Under the pieces are notes generated by a model. The model did no database searches, was not told the origin of the DNA, and worked only from the letters and a program-made list of their open reading frames with translations. From the sequence record CP113993.1: DNA of 64,000 bases, one strand, 5' to 3'. Positions 17,239-27,847 of this stretch are shown one piece after another. This DNA comes from a plasmid. Position 1 is the stretch's first letter. Each line of letters opens with the position of its first letter. The position numbers and the translations under genes are program-made.

Positions 17239-17309
17239 CGGCATAAGTTATCTGTTGTAATGAACAAAAGCCGGCTCATTTGAACCGGCTGTTATGGAGG
17301 GAGCTTATC

Positions 17310-17984
17310 TTAAAATACTTCGGCTACAGGCATGCCTGCAATCTGCTCCCACTCCTTACGCTTCTCCTGAATTAGGCGAGGAAAGTCGACAGGGTAATCA
17401 TATCCTCTTTCTGCCATTGCATGCATTGTATCCGCCATCATTTTGGGATGGATGCATCCTGACGGAATTGAGACCATTGGTATATTTATGTATTTTGTAT
17501 AAATCTCTAGTGTCTTGGCGTCGGTCACAGTGCGTGTGAAGTTGTCAATGTCAAAGCCGATAATATCCATTATATTTCCAGGGTAAGCACGAGCATACAG
17601 CATAGTGCCTTTTTTGGTATCCACGCCAAAATAGACGCCCTGAGTAAAAGACAGTCCCTCATATTCTTTGTCAGGTGAATAAAAACCGGTGTTTTTTATC
17701 TCCGCGACAATTTTTTTTATTTTGTCTTTTCTTGAGCTTGCTCGGGAATACATCAATATTGCAGGGGCAATTAGTAAAAACAGACAGACGCAAGTATAAA
17801 TATAATCTTCTTGCGTCACATATCTTGAAGATGTAATGGAGAGCACTCCGAAAAGAATAAAAATGGATAACACTGGTATGCTTATGAAATATATAAATCT
17901 AAGGGCGTAATATAATGTCCACCAAGCAGGATATCTATTGATTGTTTTTACCATTTGCATAATAAACCCTCCATAAACACTCAT
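17310..17984 (-). CDS. excA: entry-exclusion-like inner-membrane protein, 224 aa, at the excA position
   Basis: Two N-terminal TM helices. Sits between traY and the trb genes, where IncI1 excA lies. AT-rich and lineage-specific, as exclusion genes usually are. Confidence 0.5.
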   Translation of the reverse strand: MSVYGGFIMQMVKTINRYPAWWTLYYALRFIYFISIPVLSIFILFGVLSITSSRYVTQEDYIYTCVCLFLLIAPAILMYSRASSRKDKIKKIVAEIKNTGFYSPDKEYEGLSFTQGVYFGVDTKKGTMLYARAYPGNIMDIIGFDIDNFTRTVTDAKTLEIYTKYINIPMVSIPSGCIHPKMMADTMHAMAERGYDYPVDFPRLIQEKRKEWEQIAGMPVAEVF

Positions 17985-18033
17985 CGATATTTTAATGCGA
18001 TTGAGTGTTTATGGCAAGGTTGTTTTATTAAAA

Positions 18034-20271
18034 TTATCCTTTTATTCCATCTTTATTATCATCCTTTGTGACATTTTTTAGTCTGTCCTCTCTAACTCCA
18101 GGGCTGTGTCTAATATTTCTATTAGAACCTGCAAAAATATCTTTTACTGATGAGGTGAGGTTGCCAAGAGTATTTACACCATCTCTACCACCCAAGAAAT
18201 TGATAACATGGTCAGGAAGATATGCTTGTAAAGCAAATATTGCAGCTACAGACGTTGTACACATACGGGCGTAAATTAGCAGGAACCCGGCAAGGCTGAA
18301 TATCCCTGTTAATGATTTTACCTGTACGTTAACTAGTGCTGCGCCAAACAGTGAGTTTAATATTGTGCCGACGGCAATGATGGCGACAGAGGCAAAAAAG
18401 AAACCGAATACCATGAGAGGTGGTCTTATCATGCTGTCAATTAAGTATATATATCCGTAAGCTGCTCGACTTCCTCTGTCCTCTGATGTTCCTAGATGTG
18501 TTGCTGCCCACAGAGGCCCGGCGGTGCATCCTATTAATACGCTTACTATCCAGTTCCCAATGCCTGTCATCCAGAAAATGAATGGTATAAATGGTAGGTA
18601 AATTGATAAGGAAAAACCCGCACAAAACAACAGGAACAACAAGAAATATATTGGGGGAGCTGCAGCATCCAGCAGAGCAACAAATCCTTTAGGTAATCCA
18701 GAGAACAAATTAACAGCCTTTCCGAAAATAGAGTTATCACCCATTGTCGCGAGAACTCTGACAGTTGTATATCCTGTCCAGAGAATTTCTGTTGTACCCA
18801 ATGTATAATCGCCGATGTTTTTCATCTTAATTAATGGGTTAACTTGGTTGCTGGTTGTTCCTGTTCCTGACCATTCAGTAGCAGCTTGGTTTGTCCATTT
18901 TAATATGGTTGGCGCTATACTTTTCATGACCACACTTTGTGGGTCTGTGCTATTAGCTGCATTACTTTCATCTTGAGTTGTTATCGTTCCTATCGTTGGA
19001 GTATATGTGGAGTTCTGTAATTGAGTCTTGTATGCCCCCATAACAGCACTAAATAAATCAGTATCGCCAACTTCCCCAAGTGATGACATTGAAGTTACAG
19101 CTGGAGCTCTGTCAGCCAGCTCTGCCAGACGCTGGTTAGCAGTGGCAAAGGTCTGATACCACGCGCCAAGCGTCACCCATCCATAGGTTGTGAGATAAGA
19201 CTTGAGAGCTTCTTTCCTGGATTGTTCTCCGTTATCAATAGGTAGCGATTTTTGTACAGCACGTTCATACTCGTCGGCTGCTCTCTGAATCCGTGTCTCG
19301 ATATCCGGCAATGTTCCGTTGCCAGAATTTCTTTTTTCCAGAAATGTTGTCACAAACTCACTGGCAGCGTTGTCCATGTCGCTAATCATATTATCCATGG
19401 CTGCACGTTGTGCTGAGATAACACCGCTGTATTCGTTTTTACTGAAGGGATTAAAGAATTTTCCAATCGTCGATTGATCTGTTGTTCCGTTTCCTTCTAC
19501 TGACAGGCTGGCTGAACCACAGATACCGCTGCCATTGGATACCGTGACAGTGTAATTACCACTGGCGGTTTTAGCTGATTCTGTCATCAGTGAAGTCGAG
19601 GATTTGACCGTCTGATTAAAATCATTTAGTCCTGCGTTAACCGCATACTTACACAGTTCCATTTCAAAAATGCCACGCGCTGCTGTTCGTGTGGATGCCT
19701 GAACTGGCTGTACAGTCATTGAATAACCATTTGCGATATTATCAGCGGCAAGTTGCACCATCACATTGGCGGACCCAACCCCCATTATCGATGCGCCCCA
19801 TAACATAATGAGCTGAGCGATACTCCAGCCATTTCCGGTTGGAACGATCATCAGAAAACCTGCAACGACACTCAGTGTGCCGACGATATCGCGTCCGGTG
19901 CTGAATACCTGTCCCTGATGCCCCGAACGCACAACATGACGGATACCAATGAACATAAACCAGACAACGGCAAGTACGGCGATGATACTGTTGAACGCCC
20001 CGAACATGCTTCCGATCAGAGTGGGGGCGCTGGTTGACAGTGGATTGGTGACTACATCACCGAATATCGTGACCAGCGCCTGGCGAGACAGATCGTCAGG
20101 ATTGGTTGCGGCAGACACAATATCCTGATAGGTCACTGAAGCCATTGCCGGCAGTGAGGATATAGCAAGGCCTGCACAGAGTGCGCGAAGTAAAATTTTC
20201 ACAGTAACTCCGGAATAGAATTGCGTATGGGCAAAGGCCACACAGGATTTAATTAAGGGGGATGGCGACAT
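18034..20271 (-). CDS. traY: T4BSS inner-membrane protein TraY (DotA-like), 745 aa
   Basis: Large polytopic membrane protein. Size and position as in R64. Confidence 0.8.
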   Translation of the reverse strand: MSPSPLIKSCVAFAHTQFYSGVTVKILLRALCAGLAISSLPAMASVTYQDIVSAATNPDDLSRQALVTIFGDVVTNPLSTSAPTLIGSMFGAFNSIIAVLAVVWFMFIGIRHVVRSGHQGQVFSTGRDIVGTLSVVAGFLMIVPTGNGWSIAQLIMLWGASIMGVGSANVMVQLAADNIANGYSMTVQPVQASTRTAARGIFEMELCKYAVNAGLNDFNQTVKSSTSLMTESAKTASGNYTVTVSNGSGICGSASLSVEGNGTTDQSTIGKFFNPFSKNEYSGVISAQRAAMDNMISDMDNAASEFVTTFLEKRNSGNGTLPDIETRIQRAADEYERAVQKSLPIDNGEQSRKEALKSYLTTYGWVTLGAWYQTFATANQRLAELADRAPAVTSMSSLGEVGDTDLFSAVMGAYKTQLQNSTYTPTIGTITTQDESNAANSTDPQSVVMKSIAPTILKWTNQAATEWSGTGTTSNQVNPLIKMKNIGDYTLGTTEILWTGYTTVRVLATMGDNSIFGKAVNLFSGLPKGFVALLDAAAPPIYFLLFLLFCAGFSLSIYLPFIPFIFWMTGIGNWIVSVLIGCTAGPLWAATHLGTSEDRGSRAAYGYIYLIDSMIRPPLMVFGFFFASVAIIAVGTILNSLFGAALVNVQVKSLTGIFSLAGFLLIYARMCTTSVAAIFALQAYLPDHVINFLGGRDGVNTLGNLTSSVKDIFAGSNRNIRHSPGVREDRLKNVTKDDNKDGIKG

Positions 20272-20298
20272 GCCAGTGGTACTGGCATCTGGACGTGA

Positions 20299-20883
20299 TC
20301 AGTATTGTTTACTGGTTACGGCAATTAACGTGGCATTGCGCCAGCCATTGCGGTCGTTCAGAAAATCACGGAAAGTCCCCTGCTCGGGTTCGCTGACTTT
20401 TCGTTCATGCAACTGCCAGAGGCGGTATGTAACAATCAGTGCTCTGGAAGCACAAAGAGCGACGCCTGACAGTATCAACACAAGAGTGCTGATGGCGCGT
20501 ACCAGAGTCGTAAGAGGTAATGAAGAGGCGGCAAAGAGCATACCACTGAGAAACAAAGCGATGGCCAGCAGACTCCAGCAACAGAATCGCCATACTGTTC
20601 TGCGCCGGCGGAAACGACGATCCAGATCGTCTACTGACATATGGCTGGCCTGCAGAGCTTCTTCCCACGTGAGGTGGAGTTGCGCCTTTTTATTATTTAC
20701 CTGACGAAATCTGTCCAGCCTGCGTTTTTGTTGTTCCAGCATATGCTGTACAGAATTCGTTATCAGGCGAGTCTCCATCAGAGGAACAAAAATGTTAATA
20801 ATCCCCCGGGTGGCTATGCGGGTTATGGATGGTGATTTTTTGACGTTTTTCGTCTGGTCTGAATTTTCCGGTAACTTATTCAT
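20299..20883 (-). CDS. traX: transfer protein TraX (membrane), 194 aa
   Basis: TM segments. Position. Confidence 0.6.
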   Translation of the reverse strand: MNKLPENSDQTKNVKKSPSITRIATRGIINIFVPLMETRLITNSVQHMLEQQKRRLDRFRQVNNKKAQLHLTWEEALQASHMSVDDLDRRFRRRRTVWRFCCWSLLAIALFLSGMLFAASSLPLTTLVRAISTLVLILSGVALCASRALIVTYRLWQLHERKVSEPEQGTFRDFLNDRNGWRNATLIAVTSKQY

Positions 20884-20911
20884 TTTTTCAGTCCTGTTCT
20901 GACGTCAGCTT

Positions 20912-22114
20912 TCAACGTGCGTTTGCCTGATTGATTGTTTTCTCAAGGCTACCGAGTTGTTTCTCATAATACTGGCGGGCAGTCAGAGCCAGTTGCTGGC
21001 CAGAGATAACATTACCCTGGCGGATCTGTTCTTTCAGATCGTTCAGCTGCCAGTTCATTTGCGCAGTGATTCTTACCAGTTCACGGAGCAGGTTATCTCC
21101 CTGCATTTCCTGTAAATCCACTAGGTATGCTGTGTTGGCGTAGCGCCGGCCAGCCTCAAAAGCTTCAAACTCACGGGTACTCATATATCCCCGTGCTTTT
21201 GCTTCTGGTGAAGCCACCTGGTCGAAGTAAGCGGCCGCTGAGTCTGACTGCAGTGTTTCAGCCAGTGCTTTACGTGTGCTTTCATTAGGCGTGCTGTCAG
21301 CAATCAACGTCAGTTGGGGATTCGACGCAGAATCAATGATGCCGTTGTATTCGTTCTGGAGTCCGACGTAGGTTCGCCCACTCTGGGTATTCACTTCTCC
21401 TTTACCCAGAGCACGACCGGCAGAGGGGCGGGAAGTGTTTTTCATGTAAGCAGTCGCTGCATCTATTTGCTTCTGATCCCATGTCAGTGCCGCAGGTGTG
21501 TCCGCTGTACCTGCGCCGTGGTAAATCGAGCGTACCTGACTGTCTCCACCTGGTATTTCGCCCACAGAAGGACAAACGGCGGTTCCTCCAAAACGTGCAT
21601 ATTCTGCTTCTGTACAGTAACTGGCGTGTATGGCCGCGCCATCATAAGCTTCCCGCACGGGAGAGTTTGCTGCGCTGGCCAGACGGTCGCGGATGCTACG
21701 GTTGCTCACACCGCCACCTTTACTGAGTTTTGAGGCTGCGGATGCTGAGGCACTTTTGCTTTCTGTTGCAATCCCTGATGCGGATTCACTGCAGATGGAG
21801 TCTGGCACGGTGAAGCTTTTCCGTGCCTCCTCGAGGCGCTGAGTTTCATTACTGAAAATCATCTGCTGACGTGTCGCCTGTCCGTTCTGGGCAATGACAC
21901 TTGCCAGCTTTTCAGAGTTCTGATTGATAGCGGTACCCGTGGCTGTCTGGGTACTCAGTATGTCACTCAGCACACCTTTGATGGCCTCCATTCTGGGGAC
22001 GACCTGCTGTTCAACGGGACGGCTGGCGACGACGGTGACTGAATAAGCATGAGCCTGGTATGCCGTTCCATTCAGGATAGCTATAAGGGCTGCGAGTAAT
22101 GTTTTTCTTTGCAT
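20912..22114 (-). CDS. traW: transfer lipoprotein / periplasmic protein TraW, 400 aa
   Basis: Signal peptide MQRKTLLAALIAILNGTAYQAHA. Position. Confidence 0.65.
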   Translation of the reverse strand: MQRKTLLAALIAILNGTAYQAHAYSVTVVASRPVEQQVVPRMEAIKGVLSDILSTQTATGTAINQNSEKLASVIAQNGQATRQQMIFSNETQRLEEARKSFTVPDSICSESASGIATESKSASASAASKLSKGGGVSNRSIRDRLASAANSPVREAYDGAAIHASYCTEAEYARFGGTAVCPSVGEIPGGDSQVRSIYHGAGTADTPAALTWDQKQIDAATAYMKNTSRPSAGRALGKGEVNTQSGRTYVGLQNEYNGIIDSASNPQLTLIADSTPNESTRKALAETLQSDSAAAYFDQVASPEAKARGYMSTREFEAFEAGRRYANTAYLVDLQEMQGDNLLRELVRITAQMNWQLNDLKEQIRQGNVISGQQLALTARQYYEKQLGSLEKTINQANAR

Positions 22115-22695
22115 TTTATTGTCTCCTGCTCGGGGTGGAGCACAAGGTCAGGAAGGCTGTCGTATTTTCTGTCTTCAGGTAGTGGGGCCAGTGGGAAACA
22201 CTGATATCGCCTGGTGATATAACCTTTCCTGTTCCGGTTATCGATGATGCTGAAAGAACGACGTCTGACGCGCCGTAAGGTGGAAGGGTCAGTATCCATA
22301 ACAGGCCAGTCACCGGCACTCAGTGCCGGCGTTCCGGGAACAGATGGCCATAACCAGGTGTCATCGGACATCAGCGAAGTCAGCGGTGAAGGGAGTATCC
22401 ACTGGATGACATGCTGAACGTCGAATGGTGCTTCATCCGGGACAGAAACCTGCCATATTGCCGTTGTTATCAGCTCATCTGTGCTGGACGGCAACAACAG
22501 CCGCATGCCTGTAACCTTTCCCTGTGTTCTGGCATCCGAGGCGTATATCACTCTGGGATTGGGGGCCGGATGTAACCTGAAGACACGTGACGGCAGAGTG
22601 AATGAGAAACTGTCACCTTTTACCTCAAGTTTTTTAAGAAATACCTGCCCTCTGGCAGGTCTCCGGCAGCGTGGGGTGATATGAATTGTACACAT
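22081..22695 (-). CDS. traV: transfer protein TraV, 204 aa
   Basis: ORF in operon context, overlapping its neighbours. Confidence 0.55.
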   Translation of the reverse strand: MCTIHITPRCRRPARGQVFLKKLEVKGDSFSFTLPSRVFRLHPAPNPRVIYASDARTQGKVTGMRLLLPSSTDELITTAIWQVSVPDEAPFDVQHVIQWILPSPLTSLMSDDTWLWPSVPGTPALSAGDWPVMDTDPSTLRRVRRRSFSIIDNRNRKGYITRRYQCFPLAPLPEDRKYDSLPDLVLHPEQETIKCKEKHYSQPL

Positions 22696-25600
22696 CAGAG
22701 ATTGTATCCCTGTTTTCGGATGAGCTCCGAGGCCAGTTCTTCAATAACATTGTCACTGTTATGTTGGCCCGCCCGGTGCTCAATTAATGACGTTGCAGAA
22801 CCTCTGGGGAAGTTTTCGGCCAGAATCTTACGTGCCCGAACTGAACCTAACTTATTTGTCAGTGTTTTACGCAGGGCACTGTCTTTTGGCGATGAGTTCA
22901 GCGCCCATAGCTCCAGTGGACCGACGGTAAATTTGAGTATTCTCGCAAGCGTGCCACTTTTTACCCTGAATACTCCCAGAACAGGAACACCACTACCATC
23001 TGGTGCCGGGCCTTCCGGCATTTTCAGGAAGCGTTTCAGCATAAATTCAGGAACGTTGAAGTTATCCCTCAGTACGGGGATATCTTCGGGTTTGTAGCGC
23101 AGTAACCAGAGAGTATTTGCTGACTTAAGAACGCTTTCCGGGTAGTCCCTCAGATACTGCGTACTCAGAACCGTGCGGATAGCAAACTTGCGTTGCTCAC
23201 GCTCCTGGGTATCCAGATTTTCCCAGATGAAGTCAATGCCCCGGGCGTTATGCAGTTCATCATAAACTTTTGTCTTAACCTCCTGATCAAGTTGGTTAAT
23301 ACGTTTAAGAGCGATTTCATGGTATTCCCGTGGAAGCTGCTTTAACACTTCATCCCTGTATTGTGGCAGGGTGAAGTCACCACCGGCGATCTGACCTGCA
23401 AGCAGGTACATGATGCCGGTTTTAAGCCTGCCTGCAGGCGTTTTGTCACCGGCAACATTATTCAGATCGACAGCGATGACCCGGGTTTCCGGGTTGATCA
23501 TAAACCGGGTATACCCGGATATCATGGGGTAGTCGTTATGTCCCTGCTCGAGCGCGCGGCGGATGTAGTCCAGCAGAAGTTCGTTTGAACCATCACGCTG
23601 AACAGTACCGAAAACATCCCTGAGACTGGTATGGCCCAGCATCGAGGACACTTCGGGAAGCTGGGGCATTGCCTGATAATGTGCCCGCTGAGCCGCCATG
23701 ATATACCCGGCATTGTGGAGCATATCCCGGACTTCGAACCAGGTTGATCTGGCCCACCAGGTTGCATCATGTTTTTCATACAGTCCCGAGTCCTGCAGTG
23801 CTGAATCCACCAGTTCTTCCGTTGAGGCGCGATAAAGTCGCGGATTATTTTCACCGTACTCTTTAAAAGCCAGCTCGATAAGCTGGTTGATAATTTGTCG
23901 GGTGTCTCCGGGGTTACAGGGTTGACCGGTACCGGTATCGACACAGAGAGCACACAGCACCGATGACATGAAATTCTTTTCCGGCGTAATAGGCTTTTTA
24001 GCGCCGTACATCACGTCAAAAAGGTTACGGGTGTATTCCGGATCATTGCTCAGAATAATACCGACAGCTTCGTCTTTTCTTTCCGGAGGAAGACTGTCGC
24101 GAATAAGCTGAACCAGTCCCTGAGCACTGTATCCCTTATCGATATAGGCAATGAAGGGCAGGTTTTTCTGAGCAGATGATATCTGTATTTCCGACAATGT
24201 ATTAATCAGAACTGATTTACCCAGTCCCGGATCGCCTGGTGCGAGTTCTGTATGTTTATTTTGTTGGGATGACGCCAGACCAACCTCAATTGCGGAACCG
24301 TCTTCTGTATGTAACATAAGATTCCCTTTACCTCGCCAGACAGAGCCTGCCCTGTTAAGCGGGAAAAGCGAGATGGCATGTGACAACGGGGGATACAGGG
24401 GAACCGGGCCGGAGCCTCCGGATGCCGCGAGAATGGTATTCACCCAGGCGCGTCGGGGATCGCCAAATGTTGTCGTGGTGCCACATACGCCCCAGCCTTC
24501 AATGGCTGATTTCAGAATGGCCTGGTTTCGTGTGCATATTTCACGTGTTTTTCCCCACGTGGAGGCCATGATGGTCATTATGCAGACAGGTTCTTTTTCA
24601 TCCGTTGCCGCCAGGGCCATAACGGATTCATACATTGGACGAACGGCAGAAATGAAGCTGCTGTAAGTCAGAAGCGTTTTCTTCAGATTAAGAGCCTTCA
24701 TCCCGCCGGGCATCAGATCCATTCTGATGCGCCAGGGGACTGCGCGGGGGACGGCACGGACCAGTTCGTTAAACGTCTGCAGATTTTGCGGAGGTAAAGT
24801 AATCGATACCATTCCGTGCCAGAGTCCGCCCGCCTGAACCAGGTTGCCCTGTGTGGTCACCTGAGTGTTGAATAACTGCAAATGCAATGAAGGAGCATGT
24901 AGTACGGATTCATCGTCAGTCCAGCGATATCCCGCTGGCTGGGCATCTTCAGGCAGGTGGGGTTGCCAGTTACGCGGTGTGCTGTGCCGTTCTGTCTGAC
25001 GACGTATTTCACGCCCGACCTCGTGTATATCCAGTAGCCGGAGAATCAGGCCATCAGATGAATGTCTCAGTGCCTGTTCCACATTATCAAGAAAAGCTTC
25101 GTGGCGGATTTTCAGTGCAGATAAGGTCCACTGCCAGGGGGACTGGGCAAAGCGTGCTTTCGGTACCCGTTCAGCCAGTCTTCTGACAAGCTCATCATGG
25201 GCGGTGCGATCGCTGTTGCTGATAAGGTCGGGTCCACTCCAGATCGCCAGCCAGCAACGCTCCCGGACCAGCCATGGGGACAGTGTTGTGACTTTCTCAT
25301 CGACCACATCCTGTAACTGGATACCTGTATTAGCCAGTGAGCGCTTTTGTGGGGCGACCATGTCTTCGATTTCTTCTTTCCCCATGTCAGGATCACGCTC
25401 AAAAACGAAGCTGATTTTATGACCGCTGTTTTTATATGCCGTATTCAGGCTGTCACTCATGCTGGTGATCAGCGATTCCAGTGAACCTGGGCCAGTCTGG
25501 TCGGATGCTTCATCCATTTCCCTGAAAGCACCGCTGACTTCAAAGACAGAGAGATATTCTCCACGCTTTGTGGCTGCAATATAGGGCGAATTCAGCCATG

Positions 25601-25832
25601 GGCGACGTTCACGATCCTGTCTGTCCAGACCAATTACAGTACGTAAATCGCAATACTCAACAAAACTGCTTGCGACAGAGAAACGGGATAGCGTGTTCAG
25701 ACAGTCTTCGATAGTGAAGATTAAACGGTTTATGTTCATAGGTGAGGGAACTCCGGACTTACAGGAGGGAGGTTTGTGCAGTTTGATTTTTTTAATGCCA
25801 CCCCGCGCTGGAGTGGCATGAAGAAAAATCAA
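22695..25832 (-). CDS. traU: T4BSS ATPase TraU (DotO/IcmB, VirB4-like), 1045 aa
   Basis: Walker A GDPGLGKS. Large size. Translationally coupled with traT and traV. Confidence 0.85.
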   Translation of the reverse strand: MIFLHATPARGGIKKIKLHKPPSCKSGVPSPMNINRLIFTIEDCLNTLSRFSVASSFVEYCDLRTVIGLDRQDRERRPWLNSPYIAATKRGEYLSVFEVSGAFREMDEASDQTGPGSLESLITSMSDSLNTAYKNSGHKISFVFERDPDMGKEEIEDMVAPQKRSLANTGIQLQDVVDEKVTTLSPWLVRERCWLAIWSGPDLISNSDRTAHDELVRRLAERVPKARFAQSPWQWTLSALKIRHEAFLDNVEQALRHSSDGLILRLLDIHEVGREIRRQTERHSTPRNWQPHLPEDAQPAGYRWTDDESVLHAPSLHLQLFNTQVTTQGNLVQAGGLWHGMVSITLPPQNLQTFNELVRAVPRAVPWRIRMDLMPGGMKALNLKKTLLTYSSFISAVRPMYESVMALAATDEKEPVCIMTIMASTWGKTREICTRNQAILKSAIEGWGVCGTTTTFGDPRRAWVNTILAASGGSGPVPLYPPLSHAISLFPLNRAGSVWRGKGNLMLHTEDGSAIEVGLASSQQNKHTELAPGDPGLGKSVLINTLSEIQISSAQKNLPFIAYIDKGYSAQGLVQLIRDSLPPERKDEAVGIILSNDPEYTRNLFDVMYGAKKPITPEKNFMSSVLCALCVDTGTGQPCNPGDTRQIINQLIELAFKEYGENNPRLYRASTEELVDSALQDSGLYEKHDATWWARSTWFEVRDMLHNAGYIMAAQRAHYQAMPQLPEVSSMLGHTSLRDVFGTVQRDGSNELLLDYIRRALEQGHNDYPMISGYTRFMINPETRVIAVDLNNVAGDKTPAGRLKTGIMYLLAGQIAGGDFTLPQYRDEVLKQLPREYHEIALKRINQLDQEVKTKVYDELHNARGIDFIWENLDTQEREQRKFAIRTVLSTQYLRDYPESVLKSANTLWLLRYKPEDIPVLRDNFNVPEFMLKRFLKMPEGPAPDGSGVPVLGVFRVKSGTLARILKFTVGPLELWALNSSPKDSALRKTLTNKLGSVRARKILAENFPRGSATSLIEHRAGQHNSDNVIEELASELIRKQGYNL

Positions 25833-26629
25833 TCAACGTATTCTTTTTTGATGAATGAATCTGGTGTCAGAATCAGGGCAATCCCGTTCATTTTTTCACG
25901 CAGGGGCGAACGACCGGAAGGTGGATAGCGACGAAAAACGTCAGCGAAATCGGCCGGGCGGAAACTGCGGAATTTATCCTCAACCGCCAGTCTGTTTTGC
26001 ATCAGTGCAGAGAGCGCTTCCCGTCCCCGCCGGACCCGGAACTTATCATTACTGAAAACTTCCTGTAATGAACGACGGTTAAGGGCCACGACCGTGGATG
26101 GATGAAGGTCGGGTAGCCACACCATAACGCCCTGTGCTGCGGCATAACCATTCAGTGAATGCCAGGCGTGGCAGAAAGCACATAAGCTGTAAGGCGGGCC
26201 GTCTTCATGAAACAGTTCCTGCTCTTTCTCTGACAACGACTCTGTACTGGTGATTTCAGCTTTCTGTACATGGCGGAGTGAAAGACGTCTGGCAGACAGA
26301 CGGGCCTGCTCAAGCGCCCGTTCAGCGGCTTTTACTGCCGTGTTGTACTTTTCCTTTTCGCCGGTTGCGACTGGTTCACCACGCTTTTTTAACTTATCCA
26401 GATGTTCTGTGGCCTTATTAAGACGAACTCGTGTGTCACTGATTGTGTCGGTAAGCTGTCTGAGTGGCCATGAGTCATCCAGTCTGAAACGGTGCCTGAC
26501 GTTTTGCCGGCAGCAGATACATCGACCGGGCGTTGTTAATTCCGGTTCCGGTAACAGTGGCTCCTGTGTATGAACCACATCAATTTCTGGAAAGGGATAC
26601 AACCACAAGTCTTTAATGCTGTGTTGCAT
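25829..26629 (-). CDS. traT: transfer protein TraT, 266 aa
   Basis: ORF overlapping the traU start. Operon context. Confidence 0.55.
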   Translation of the reverse strand: MQHSIKDLWLYPFPEIDVVHTQEPLLPEPELTTPGRCICCRQNVRHRFRLDDSWPLRQLTDTISDTRVRLNKATEHLDKLKKRGEPVATGEKEKYNTAVKAAERALEQARLSARRLSLRHVQKAEITSTESLSEKEQELFHEDGPPYSLCAFCHAWHSLNGYAAAQGVMVWLPDLHPSTVVALNRRSLQEVFSNDKFRVRRGREALSALMQNRLAVEDKFRSFRPADFADVFRRYPPSGRSPLREKMNGIALILTPDSFIKKEYVD

Positions 26630-26801
26630 GAGCAGGCTCCGTACTGGTGTAACGTTTCACGGCTTCCAGAATGATGTTTGCGATTTCATCGGAACAGCAT
26701 TCTGCAAAAATGAATTCCTGATCGTCCCGACTGTCGTGGGCAATCACATTGCCGTTTTCTGTTCGTCGTAACGTTATGTGCTCCGGGCTCCAGGCAGACA
26801 T
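26613..26801 (-). CDS. traS: small transfer protein TraS, 62 aa
   Basis: Short ORF coupled to traT. Confidence 0.4.
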   Translation of the reverse strand: MSAWSPEHITLRRTENGNVIAHDSRDDQEFIFAECCSDEIANIILEAVKRYTSTEPAHATQH

Positions 26802-26864
26802 ATGTGCCTCCTTGTATTGCCGAATAGGAAGGGCACCGGATAAATGCCAGTGCCCTGGACAAGA

Positions 26865-27269
26865 TTAGCCAATGGAAATTGTGGAAATCCCCAACTGTTT
26901 CTGGCTGCGACTCATCATTTCAGGTCCGGCGACAAGTACCGCCCCAATGACGATAGATACAATGCAACTAGCCAGTCCCATCCCCCCTTGTTTCCCAACT
27001 TTTTTCAGGCCAATCAGGCCCCCGAGAAACAGAATTACGCCGATGAACTGCGCAATAGTCAGTGATGATGACTGTGCTGTTTTGGCACCTTGTTCGACAT
27101 TGCGAACCATATCGGCAAGATCTCCATCGGCAAGAACGGCTTTGGGCAGCAACATCATGGGAATGAGCAGCAGGAACTTAGTCAGTTTGCTCCGGCATGA
27201 CATTACAAACAGTTGTGCGTGGATAAATGCGGCGTACAGACGGGCCGCTACGACACGAATACGTGACAT
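26865..27269 (-). CDS. traR: membrane transfer protein TraR, 134 aa
   Basis: TM helices. Operon context. Confidence 0.5.
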   Translation of the reverse strand: MSRIRVVAARLYAAFIHAQLFVMSCRSKLTKFLLLIPMMLLPKAVLADGDLADMVRNVEQGAKTAQSSSLTIAQFIGVILFLGGLIGLKKVGKQGGMGLASCIVSIVIGAVLVAGPEMMSRSQKQLGISTISIG

Positions 27270-27319
27270 AGTTTCTCCTTAAATGGATATATCAGTGGTT
27301 TATATGAAGGTGAAAAAAA

Positions 27320-27847
27320 TCAGAAGACGATTCCAATGCTTGCCAGCAGGGCATTGAGGACACGATCGATAAAGACCAGCAGGACGCCGGCAATAAATTT
27401 GACGTTTCCCTTACTGACGGATTCACTGGCACTCAGTGCGGTATGTCCATCGAGTCCGGCCTTGCGCCAGATGGATATCCCGTTCATTACAAATCCAACA
27501 CCGGCCAGCTTGGCCAGCGACAGAACTGCATTTGCTGCGCCAGCAGCAGCGCCAAACGTCTGAGGTTGTACATATGCAATCGGGCCAAATGAGTCAGCCC
27601 TGAATCCCATTTGTACGCCTCCGGCGTTAATCATTGCCGGGAGTGATACGAGCATGCAGCTGGTTAACATCCCCGCAATAAATTTTCCGGGAGACATTTT
27701 TACCGGACCGGCTGAACGGGCGCGGGCAAACAGGGTAATCATGCTGATCACCCCGATGAATTCTCCCCAGGTAAACAGGAAATCCATTCCGGCACTGAAA
27801 ATACTGCTGGCAAAGTTCTCAATGGCGGTCAGGGCATCCATGTTCAT
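27320..27847 (-). CDS. traQ: membrane transfer protein TraQ, 175 aa
   Basis: Polytopic hydrophobic protein. Confidence 0.55.
   Translation of the reverse strand: MNMDALTAIENFASSIFSAGMDFLFTWGEFIGVISMITLFARARSAGPVKMSPGKFIAGMLTSCMLVSLPAMINAGGVQMGFRADSFGPIAYVQPQTFGAAAGAANAVLSLAKLAGVGFVMNGISIWRKAGLDGHTALSASESVSKGNVKFIAGVLLVFIDRVLNALLASIGIVF

Noticed and set aside
22481-23097. Plus-strand ORFs antisense to traV/traU (22481..22684, 22681..23097)
   Set aside because: They are antisense to strongly supported operon genes. The translations are Ser/Leu/Arg-rich, typical of spurious frames.
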